64,000 bases of DNA. It comes from Yuukianura sp. NJ FZ-2021 (Eukaryota). Numbering within the stretch: position 1 is the first letter of the stretch; each line of letters starts with the position of its first letter. The position numbers were made by a program, and so were the translations under genes. Below the pieces are notes generated by a model. It was not told where the DNA came from. It saw nothing but the letters and a program-made list of their open reading frames with translations, and searched no databases. The stretch covers positions 13,764,001 through 13,828,000 of the forward strand of contig CM102286.1 of the NCBI GenBank assembly GCA_046563655.1, written 5' to 3'. Shown in pieces: positions 12,266 through 26,949 of this stretch.

Positions 12266-14038
12266 AACTAAAAGCAGAAATAAGTTAACATTTAGAACCG
12301 TTTATGCATAACTTCTGTAAATAATTAGGTAAGCACAAGAAAAAATTTCTCTTCGCCATTGATCTCCTACATATCAATTAACTTAACGGTCAGAGAAGAC
12401 AGAATGACAGTTGTACTTGATTGATTCTTCATTTCCAGGATTCCGATTGGTCGAGGCTTAAGGCTTCAAGCATAAGAAGAATTTTACGCAGGGTTTGTAT
12501 GTAACAAGACTTCAAATGATTACTAATTCATCACACTTCACAGTTGACCCTTGTGTGATGCTTTGAATCACAATGTACTTGCAGTGCAGCTTTGGATTCC
12601 AAGCTACAACCTTGGAGGATTTGTCGTAAGATTAAGTTAGAAAGATTATTAATCAAAACTTGTTACGAGAGAGTTAATTGGTTTAAAGGTAGTTAAGTTT
12701 AGTTTTGCTTTTGCAAATATGGGTTTTTGCTGTTTCCAAACGTTCTCGAGTTACTGTTTTCTCCAGTAGTACAATATTTACATAATAATTTACATCTTAT
12801 ACTTATAAGTCGCTTTAAATTGTAAACGTTTTTGCAGTCACATGCAAAACACAAAACAAATATTTTTGAGCGAGACTGAACAGCCTAAAAAGCTAATCCT
12901 CGCGTTGTGTTGTCACTTTTGACGTTAATAACCAATAGAATAGCCTTAACATTATTTTAAGTAGCTTGAACAGTGTCTCAAACGTGTTACTACCTAACCT
13001 AAATTAGTTAATTAGTTAACTTTAAACTAATTAGTTAAAGTTATTATAAGGATTCTTTGATGCAAGATGTTTTAGTTGTTAGAGGATTGAGGGTGTGACG
13101 TGAGTACAAAAGAACATGGTCGAATATACTGCTGGAATCATACTTTGCAAGATGAAATGTTCTCGATAAAGTTCTGCAATTAAGTTTACCTGCTCTAGGT
13201 TCCATTTTTGTAGTAATTTGTAAATTAGTAAAGTTTGTATACTAATTGTTATGCATAGAATGATGCTTAAAATGCTTATTTACTATTCACTAATTGCTTG
13301 TTTTGTTGTGTTGTCCCTTAGAATGATTTAATTTAACAAGGAATGGGTTAAATAGAATGATTAATTAGTTCTAATTAATGAAATTGCTACGAGATGAAAC
13401 AAATTAAGTCAGAGAAGAATAAACAAATCTGTACCACTTTTTGTTTAGAAAATTAATCGTTTCGTTTCCTTTTTTTTGTAGGGGACAAATGTACGAAATT
13501 CATGGTCGATCATGCATCGCATGTACCATGGATAGGCTGACGACTCTTAGCATAGTAACCTTGGTTACACAATTACTAACGAGCTGGTTATTAGGTGACA
13601 GTAAAAGTAATTGAAATCCAAGTTTTAATTGACAAGGAAGGGGAAGTTACCTGATCGGAGAATGGAGTGCCGACGTCTGCATTGTTGATTCAAAAGATCC
13701 CGTTGTTCCTGTATTTTTTGCAATCATATGTTCCAGTGCAACTTCTTTAGTTGTCCGATTTGCTGATCTCTTTAGTAATTTAGGTAATGTTAACATAAGT
13801 TCCAAATTTCGTTAATTCAACATTGGAGAAGAACCTCAATTAGTACTGGTCGTTATATCGTTATATGGGTATACTGGACGAATAGGTGAACGCTGTGACG
13901 GACTGTGGACAGTATTTGCTGCTAAACTGGGATTAATTTAAATTTTTACAACAGATAGCACAAGGGAGGATACCAATATCGGAGGCTCCGGGAACTTGAT
14001 TTATTGATATCCGTCAATTACTGGATTCGAGTTCGACT

Positions 14039-17000
14039 ATGGCAGGATATCCAGGAGGCAGTGACATAGTGAATCTAAATGTTGGTGGGACTCGGTAAGC
14101 TTATGTTCATAACTGCCAACCATCAATTTCATTGGAATGGAAAACTAATTAAGGTTATTCGATTGTTATAGGTTCAGCACATCATGGCAGACGTTGACCT
14201 GGGTTCCGGATTCCTTTTTCACGGCACTTCTCAGCGGCAGAATTTCTTCGACGAAGGATGAAGTTGGGGCGATATTTATTGACCGAGGTTGCTCAACCTA
14301 CAAATTCCTACTAAAAAGACACTGTTGACAAAGTTAATTATAAAACTTTCGGTTTCTTTCAGACCCGACACTGTTTACTGTGATTTTGAATTACATGAGA
14401 ACGCGAGATGTGGACCTAAAGAATGTCGACCTACGACAACTGCGCAATGAAGCTGAATTCTACGGAATCATACCATTGATCAAGAGAGTTGCTCTATGCG
14501 AAGACTTGGGACATTCTTCCTGCGGGGATGTCCTGTTCTACGGCTACCTTCCACCAGCTCGTAAGTGCTTAGACATCATTTGATTAATTAGATTGATTGA
14601 TTGACTAGGTTGATGTTTTATGCTAATCTGTCTCGTTTCTGTTCTTATTTCAGCCATTCCTGTTTACAACGATACCGTTTCAAAAACTCCAGTTTGCACC
14701 TCTATGGCCAAGTTTTCAACTGCAAATAACACTCCGGAAGAGAAGACAACAACTGTGACATCCCCGGCAAAGGGCGTGCCTACTCCTGGCTCAATCGTTA
14801 GAGTTCCAGAGCCACCAAGCGGAGCAGCAGCAGCGACAAAACCAGTAGCTGCCACTGCTTCTACTTCTGCTAATTCACTCCTGAAAAATTCCGTGATAAA
14901 TGGAAACAGTCAACTCCACAACTGGAACACTCCTGGTACCACGGCTCGAGTCAGTGGGACTCATTCCACGGGAACCTCAATCGACATGCGCCAGTAAGCC
15001 GACTTCTCTCAATTAATGGATTTGTTTTTCTAAATGTCGCCTATTCGTTTAGGCATTCCAGAAATCCATCGTTTGATGCAAAACATTCACGCAACTCGTC
15101 CGCTGATCTCAACAAATACTTCCGGACCGAGTTATCCATACTGTCACAGGCAACTTGGCACGATCCCTTGCGTGTACGACTTGTCAAAGCTCATCAAAAC
15201 TGGATCGCAGTTGCCTACGCCCATTTTGTCACATGCTACAGGTAATAATTTAGATTACATATAATTTTTCATATTTGACTAATTAACTTACTCTTCTAAT
15301 GCTTTTGGTTATTAGACTTAAGGACTCTTCTGGATGGCAGCTCGTTTTTACCAGTCCACGAGTCGATGACATGATTGATCGTCTGGCAATTAACGCAAAA
15401 CTTGGAACTTCTAATTCCGGTGCAACTTCATCTGGAGATAAAATGGTTGCTATTGCTGCTCGAAGTTCTGTTGTGATGTGGGGCTTATCTGATGATGGTA
15501 AGTTTTCCTCAAAACTTACTTTTTACTAAACGTTTTTAGGAAAACCAGAGTTCCCTTTCGAACATTTGGAATTCGTTCTTTAGGTAATCGAACCGACATT
15601 GGAAAGTTTACACTTCCCGTTCCAGTTGAGTATTTGTTTTTCATTGGAAGTCAGCTGGTTGCCTTATCACAATCTGGAAAAATTGGAGTTTGGCATGCCA
15701 TGACACAACATGTTCTTGTCCAAGATCTCACAAATATCATGTCTTTCGACACTGCCGGTTCTTTCCTACTTCTTGGTTGTAGCAACGGAGCTATTTCTTA
15801 TATCGGTAAATTTTGTCACTGATTGTACAATGATTCCTTGTTATTTTGTTAATCTTTTGCAACTTTTTTAGATATGCAAAAGTTTCCTCTGCGAATGAAA
15901 GACAATGATTTGCTGGTCACAGAACTCTACAGGGATCCGTCCAGTGAACCAATCACTGCGATTTCTGTTTACTTAACCCCAAAAACCAGTATGAATCCAG
16001 TTAATTTTTTTTTTGTCAATTTGCGAATTATGCAGTTGTGGTTTTGTTGATTGAACTATTGCTCCTTTGTTGTTAAGGTATTTCTGGAAACTGGATTGAA
16101 ATTGCTTACGGAACGCAGTCTGGCATGGTCCGTGTAATCGTTCAACATCCGGAGACGGTTGGTCATGGACCGCAACTTTTTCAAACGTTTACCGTTCACC
16201 GTAGTCCTGTAACAAAAGTGAAATTGACTGAGAAGCACTTGGTCTCCGTTTGTAGCGAGTACAACCATGTGCGGAGCTGGACGATGACCAGATTTCGGGG
16301 AATGATATCAACACATCCTGGTTCAATGCCGTTGGCATCTTTCAAAATACTTTCACTGGAAGGACTTGAAGTTCCGGGGTCTGTTGTGAATGCTGGAAAC
16401 GACTATGGTATGGCTATATTTTCCATCAGTTTATCCTAAGGCTAGATGGAAATCTGAATTAACACTTATTTTCAGGCCCATATGGAGAACAAGATGATGA
16501 GCAAGTTTTTGTGCAGAAAGTTGTTCCTGAAACGAATGAAGTTTATGTCCGGTTAGCTTCAAATGGCAAACGGTAAGGCATTACTTGCATTTCATTTAAC
16601 GTCGTGATCGATTGCAACTTTGGTTTTTGTTGTACTAGGATTTGTACGATTGAGTCCGTCGATGGAACGCAAATTACCAGTTTCTGTGTCCATGAATGCG
16701 AAGGGTCTAGTCGACTGGGGTCACGTCCAAGGAGATTCATTTTTACGGGACATGCTAGGTATAACTTTTGACAAGTTGTTGCAGCTTTTCTATGTTGAAT
16801 AACATGTGTGTGGAAACGCCAGTGGACATAAAGTTATGATCTTCGATGTTGTTGTTTTGCCACAGCGGTGCTATTCAGATGTGGGATTTGACGACAGCCT
16901 TGGATTTAGCGTCAAAAGGCGAACCTGGTGAGTAAACTGGCATTGGTCGTTCACTTAAAAACCGAAACTTGTAGTAAATTAACAACAATTTCAATCCAGC

Positions 17001-17241
17001 AACCCAAAGAACTGGAGGACCAACTGCAGAGGAACTGTTGCGTTTGCTGGATCAATGTGATTTGAGCATATCCCGTGTACCGACGCCCTGCCCTTCGCCA
17101 GGAGTAGGGTTCCCAGTCAGTACCGGTTCCTGCATCGGCTCCAATTCTCTCAAGGCGTCGAACGTCGCTTTTCTATCGCAACAGTCCCAAAGCTCGGTTA
17201 CACAAAGTTCATCAGCTCAAGACGACGGTGGGGTAAAGTAG
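14039..17241 (+). CDS. KCTD3: BTB/POZ plus WD-like protein KCTD3/SHKBP1 homolog
   Basis: [34 protein letters not shown] (BTB), [58 protein letters not shown]. Confidence 0.94.
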
Positions 17242-17468
17242 CTTGCGAGTGGAGCTAGAAGCTACCATTGACGGAAGTCTAGTTTTGGATTTAAGTGTCA
17301 ACTTGACGCCGATTTCTCGCGACACAACGACGGAAACAGAACAGATTAATATTATTAGCTAAAAATGGGCTAAAATTTGGTTCCAACAATACAAAGGAAA
17401 GCGTTGTAATGCAAATGGAACTTTATTTCGACATGAAACCATAAATTGGTTGAGACGACTGTGAATAT

Positions 17469-18104
17469 TTAGTTCATCTTTTCCAGTTCGGCCTTCAACT
17501 TGTTGGCAGCAGCAGCATTACCAAACTCAAGTCGTAACGTTTTAACACCCGGGTTTTGACGAATCGTAACGGGATTACGAGAAAGATCTACAGGCACTTG
17601 AAGCTCGAATTTCCGACTATTTCCGATTCGAGTGGGTCCATCGATAGGCCGATAATGCGATAAATACGCCAAGTACGTTTGCACATCATTCTTCGCCAAG
17701 ACCTCGATGATTCCTCTTTCCGGTATCAACAACACTTTCGACTTCTCCAGCTTTATCCCGCCCATACCGAGTTCCGTGACCGCCACATCGAATATCAAGA
17801 ATCTGGATACAAAACAGAGCAAAGGTGGCTTTCAGTTGCGAAAAATGAAATGTGTTTCTCAAATCATTGTCGGCTCTTACGCGTTACATGGCGACTCCCG
17901 CCACATCAAAGCAAAAGTTTCTACCATACGAAATCAAAGTTAACTCACGTTAACTCAAACATGGAATTAACTCAATCTTTCCGAACAAGACATTTATGCA
18001 CGAGAGATGGATTTGGAAAATTTTTCACTACTTACAATTGTAAGTATCATCTAAAAACTTTGTCCCAATTCGTCATTGCCTTACCTTAACGCCGTTACCT
18101 GCAT
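17469..18104 (-). CDS. Small two-exon orphan protein B (about 117 aa), paralog of 6584-7055
   Basis: Exon 1 ATGCAGGTAACGGCGTTAAG|GTAAGG (18104-18085) and exon 2 17802-17469 join in frame. Shares LExSKV, RPIxGPTRxG, VPV, NPGxKxL and ANxxKxELExM with copy A. Confidence 0.75.
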
Positions 18105-18616
18105 TTACTCGAATTTTCTTATTCGGAACCTGAACGTAGATGTTCAACTTTTAAGTTTGAAATGTTTCTCGAATTAAACTTTTAGAAGCTCCACTTTTTA
18201 TTCATATGGCCTGTATTATTAGACAAATTATTATGTCTGAAATGTTCCGTTATTCCTTGCTGTGTTGCATATCCATTGAAAATAAGACGCCGGCGGGTAC
18301 TTCCGTACGGTGAATGGAAATTAAACTGTTGGGAAGTCCGAATTCTGCGGAATCTGCTGTTTAGTCAGGCCGTCTCTCTCATCTGTGTTTCTGTTTTTTT
18401 TTTTCAATCATTTCAGGGCTCCCAGAGTACGGTCAATTAAGGACGGAGTATAATCAATCACACTTTAACACACAACGACCACGCACCAATCTAGTAGGAA
18501 GAACCACATGGACCACAAATTACAGTCTTAATTCTTAAATCTTCCGTTTTCTCCGACCAATCAAATCAATCAATTCGGTAATTTACAAGGTTGACTTTCT
18601 TTTTATTCAGTTCAAG

Positions 18617-21346
<2,730 letters not shown>

Positions 21347-23659
21347 AAGTTTTAAGCATCAGGAGCAGAAACCGAAATAGTTTCAGGCAAGATATTTTTC
21401 GCGTTTGACATTTTATCACTTCTGGCTAAAGGAAATAAAATTAAATGTATCTTTTTTTTGTATTTAGGGAACTTTTGCGTCAACTTTGACCTCAATCCAG
21501 GAAAAAATAATTTTTGAAGCGAAGATGTCATTTCCAGTGCCACGCGTTTTGTCGACAACATCTTTGTACTCTCGCGTGGTATTTTACGTGAGAGTATTGT
21601 TTTGAAGTCGTCGTTCCTTAGGCCAAATACTACTGAAATGTTTGTTCTCGATTTCTCATTCAGTTTGTTTGTAAATTGAAACTGAGAAGAGCAACAAACA
21701 TTTCTGTTAGCCTTTTTTCATGATGTTTGTGGTTTGAAGATGATGTGAAGATGTTACGAGGGAATGGATTCATTGAAAACCAGACAAATGGGGAGTTCGC
21801 TCATCCAAATTAAGTCCATGTCAACTTAAGTTATTTGTTACAATTTGGCCCCCACTCCACAAACACTACTCCCGTCTTCCCATTATCCCAATGTAATCCG
21901 CTTCCATTACCTTCTACATTCATAAGTAAAGTAGATCTTCATTGTATTGTTGTCTAAGCAGAGTATCAAGTTCCCCAGTTCAAATCCTCCTCTCCGCAAA
22001 AATCAAACCGAAAAATGAGCAACTGGATTTAAAACGACCCCGTTTGGTTTTGCCCAAAGTTTTGAATACTGGGCAGCATGCCTTCTCTCCTTTTAGTGGG
22101 TATTGGGTTTTTGTAACTTTTTTCAAAAGTTTGTGTAATACGCTTACGCACGTTCCCTCTTGTCTTTGTTTCTTTCACTTTTTTGTTATTCTTTTGAAAA
22201 ACTGAAATGAATTAAAAGTGGAACTGACAAAAGAGGGGAGATTAAGTTCTCATCCTATTGTTATTTTCTCTTTTGAAATACCCGTCATCGGATCCATTAC
22301 CTCCATGGAAGATCGCTATACGAAATCTGCTTATTTTTCCATATCCATCACCATCACCCTTGTCCCAACTTTCACTCCTGTCCCAAACAAGAAACTCAGC
22401 TAAGTTAGTAATTTAAATTAACATTAGTTAATTACTAATGTTGATTAATGAGTAATTTACTAATAAATTACAAATTACTTGTTACATCTTGCTGGAGGCT
22501 GATTTTGAAAGAATGTTTACCGAGGTGTGAAATTTATTTTTGGGTGAAAGTCATACTTTTACGGGTTTTGATTTTCGTTTTAACTCAAAAGCTAAACAGA
22601 AAGGAGGAAAACCAAATTCGGTTTTTATTTTATTTTGAAAATGTTTTTCTGGGATAACGGAATGAGTTTTAGAAAATTTTGGAAAATGCCTGACATTTTC
22701 AAAAAATTGGGGAGTGAGGGGTTAAAAAGAGAAAGTGTAACGTGAGTTTAAAGAAAACTTTGCAAAGAAAGCATCTGGAACTGACTTCTTACGCGAAAAA
22801 TTTTTTGTGAAAAGAAAAGTTTTTGATAAGAGTATGGGATTTTGTTTCTAGTGAAAAATTTGAGAAAGATTTTTGAACAAAAAGAAGTAGCTCAAGTTAC
22901 CACCAAAAAATTGATTTTTAAATTCTAGATTATCTTTGTTATTAATTTTCTATGGAAATATTGCGTTTTAGACAATAGATTTTCTTTTTTTCTTTTCTTT
23001 TTGTTGGGTTTTGTGGCTTCCTAATTAAAAATATAAAATGTTCATCAAAATTTTGGTGTATGGGCGCGTGAAGTTTTGACTTGTCAAAATTAAGGTTTGT
23101 CAAAGCTTATTAATTAAGGGAGAATTGGGAACTGGAGCTTAATTCCAAATTAATTAAGCTGTTTTCGGAACTCTCTTCTCTCGTTATGCTCTAAAAAGTT
23201 AAAGTGATGCTTTCAATTACTCAAAACCACCACCACGGTCTTCCACGGCGTCTTTTGTAAGTGGACAACAACGGAATTCCTAAATCCCGCCCTCCTAACA
23301 CAGTCCGCCTATCAAACCGAATTCTGAAACACTCCAACCCCTTAGTACTATGTACTCTTTTTCTTTTTCGGTGGGTTTCCTTGTGTCCAGAAAGTGCGGC
23401 TTCGGGGATTCGATCACCGGCCTCTTCTTACCAAACGTCCCGAGGAACCTTGTTCTAAAATGCTCTTCTTCCTTAGTACATAATGAACTGAAGATGTGGT
23501 TCAACTAATTAGTCGCCAGTAGCCTCTCTCCAACGAAACATCTTCAAAAACAAAAATTTTGAGATAAGATACTCAATTTTTTTGGGATACCTTGGTTCAG
23601 AGCGATCATTTTCAAGATTTTCAAATTTTAGAGTTCCAAACTTTCAAAATCGAAAAAAA

Positions 23660-26530
23660 ATGGAAGAAGAAATTATCGAAGAAGTTTCGAGTAGTGGTGA
23701 GCCCAAATTTGAAAAAATGGAAAACGGAAGAAAAGTGGACAGTCCGGAATCCGGTAAATCCGTGCCGGTTCGAACCGATTTTAGTATCGAATCGCTTTTG
23801 AGAAAAGAACCGGCAGAAATTGACGGAAATCAAGACGGGGCTGCTGGAATCAGTTACGCTGGAGAAGATGAGCATGGACTGCGATTGAGATTGGCGCCAT
23901 TTTGTCATGGTGACGGGAGTCAAGAAATTGGCGGGGAATTCGGATCGGACCAAGAATCGTCACCTTCACCAGAGCCCTTAAGGGGTCACATTGCAGGGTC
24001 AACTGGTGACCCAAGGTACTTTGGAATCACTGAAGAAGAGCTAACGGCATTCCCTTGGCTGAGCTGCACAAGATTCAAACCACCGAAACTACCAAGTAAG
24101 TTCCATAACTTTTTTTTAAACATAATTAATTTTTTAAAGAAATTTTTAAAAAGTACAATTTTTTTTTTTGGTTTTTTTCGTTGGTTTGAGTTTAGTAATT
24201 TTGGTTTGTGTTTCAATTTTTTTTTGTTTATGCAAGCTGCGTTTGAATTGCAAAAGTTGGTGGGCTTTTTCCTTTTTTTGTTATTTTAATTTTTTGAGCA
24301 AAGGATATGGTTTTGGTTTGTAATTTTTCAATGTCGTCGTTACAGATTTCAATTTTTAAAATTGATTCACTTTTTTTTTGGAAAAAAGGAAAAAATTTGA
24401 GGTTTTTCACATCAATTTTTGTCAAAACCGATTTCATATTTTTTGGCCGCCGTTTTTGCATTTGGTTTTGAATTACCCTAAGTTCGGCTCATAACGCGCG
24501 GCTTTCCATTCGGCTTTTTATCTTAAATTTTTAAGTAATCTGCACGGAAGGAAAGTTAAAACTAATTAAAGTTGAGTTTTAATTAATAATCTATCATTAA
24601 AATCAGATGCAGGACGTTTCAGGTCCAGCAATGCTAAAAGTAAAAAATTGCAAAAGTTAATGAGGCGAGGGAAGTATTTTTTTTGCAATTTGTGTGGATT
24701 GGTCATTTGAACGACATTGTTTGGTTTTGTATTTGTTTGGATTGCTTAATGAAGGACAAAGGAAAGTAACTATTATAGTTTTTGGTTTGAGTTAAAACTA
24801 AAAGTGCAAATCAATTAATTAAATCTACAATCGGATGTGGACAAAATCCTAATGAAACTGTGGCCATTTCTTATACACATTCTTATCAAAAGTGAAATTT
24901 ATTACTACTTTCCTTGACACTTCACCATCAATTAGCACTTCAACTTTTGATGACCGGAAAATGTCGGTTTTTCGGTGAAATTATTGGTTTCATTTTTTTA
25001 AATTTTAACTTTCATACCTCATGCATTTTTTGTTGTTTTTTTTTTGTTAGATTAACTAAGCTGACCTGCTTAGCAGGAAATTCTCATAAAAATTTAAGTT
25101 GTAAATTTAGTAACTTCGAGAAACCTACACTTTTTTTTCAAAATTTATTTTTGGACGCACAAATGCGGTTGTGTGAGTCTTAAATGAATTACAAATAAGG
25201 TTTTTGTGGCTTTGAAAATCGTTGTTTGAAAAGTTTTAGTTTCAATGAATCTAATTTATTAACAATTTTCCGGGAAGACAAATTAACCATAAACTTCGGA
25301 TCTAAACTTTTTTATTCAATTTATATCTAAACAAGCTGAGTAAGTATTCAAGGAGTGTTGAATTTTCTAACTAATTTTCCTCAATTGGTTAGGATTGACC
25401 ACAAAATTTGACGATTTAAGACCGTTTTAAATGAAAGTCTATGGGAAAGGAGTTGGAATCAGAATTTTCCATCTGCTTCTGTTTCAAAAAGATTGTGGTA
25501 AATGATTGACATGTTATAAGAGGTTAGGGTTTGGGGTTATGAAGCGATAAAGAAAAAAAAATTTCAAAATTTTGAAATGTGTTTTTTGGTTTTTAGGAAC
25601 AAGAAAACGCGTGGGATGCAAAAGGTATGGGCGTGGTCCAAGAATTCCTTTCGCACCGCACCAAATTGCGGTACTAGAAAGTACATTTTCAAAATCCCAG
25701 TACTTGAGCAGCGATTGCATTCACAGTTTAGCGGACACTTTACGCTTGAGTGAAACTAGGGTAAGAAATTTCAAAAATTTCATAAAATTTTATCAAAATG
25801 TGTGGAAGAATGTTTTTTGAAAAGATTTTTTCTGTTTTAGGTGAAAATTTGGTTTCAAAATCGAAGAGCCCGCTACCGACGTGAGCGCGAAGCGACATCT
25901 TCTGGATTAGGTCATGACAACAACGGTGACCAAGCTGCTCATTTCCACGCTCACTACCTTGCTCAACAGCATCAACTGCCGTACAGTCCAGCATCTTCGG
26001 CTGGACTCACTCCAGCTGACCTTGGATCGGCTGGACAACCGCTGGACTTGTGTCGATCGCTGGACAAAAAGTCCTTTGAGCACTTCATGGCCGGCTCCCG
26101 AGCTTCACCGGAGTCAAGTGGCAGCGAAAAGGAAAAACTAATTTTTCCAGACCTAATTGCTCAGCAGCTCCAGCGATACCGGGAAGTACAGGAGTACATT
26201 CTGCAACAGGAACAACGACATTTGAACTTTCTGAAGGCCGATGCTGAATCTACTGCCAATCACCAGCAGCATCCAGCATCCAGATATCCTGTGTCAATTC
26301 TCCAGTCGGTTCTCCAGGCTTCACCACAAATGGTCCAGTTCCAGCCGTTTCAACATACCAAAACGTACTACAGCCCAAGTACAACTTCTGATGCTGCGGA
26401 GATTGCAGTTGGTGGTGACAGTAGAAGCAGCAGTAGCAGCCATACTCAATCCATGCAGTTTGAAAGCACCTACTCACCCCCCACCCCCAACCCCACACAG
26501 CTACAAAATTTCTCACTCCAATTTAGATAG
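23660..26530 (+). CDS. Msxlx: ANTP/NKL-class homeobox protein, Msxlx-type (3 exons: 23660-24095, 25597-25760, 25841-26530)
   Basis: eh1 motif DFSIESLL, pre-homeodomain motif FPWLSCTRFKPPKLPR, and homeodomain GRGPRIPFAPHQIAVLESTFSKSQYLSS..LRLSETR|VKIWFQNRRAR. The WLxCTR(Y/F)xPPKL plus PRxPF combination is what I recall for Msxlx. Confidence 0.8.
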
Positions 26531-26949
26531 TTTTTAGAAAAATTTGTTTACACGTTTTTTAAAATTATGAAAATTATATTAAAAAACTAAAAAAAAAGAT
26601 CACCTGAATTCCCATTTTCGCTTTTTTAGCATAATCTTATCAAAGCTACTAAAAAGCTCAAGAGTCTCAACTATTGATAGTGTCTTTCAATTGCTGTCGT
26701 CAAAAAGATGTTGCATGTTGCAATTTGCCAAAAAAAAGTAGGGCGTTTGTCTGCAAGTATCAGTGGAATAGAGCCCCTCCCACCACTTAGCCCAACCGGC
26801 GTTAATTAAAACAGCACATGGTATAACACACTTCTACTTTAAATCAGCAGATTTTTTTTGCAGCTTTCATATCATTTTGGCGTATCCTTCGAGCCGGTCC
26901 ACTTTGCTCCCGAAAGTCAGAGGAAATCAGCTGATTGCGGTTTGCAAAG

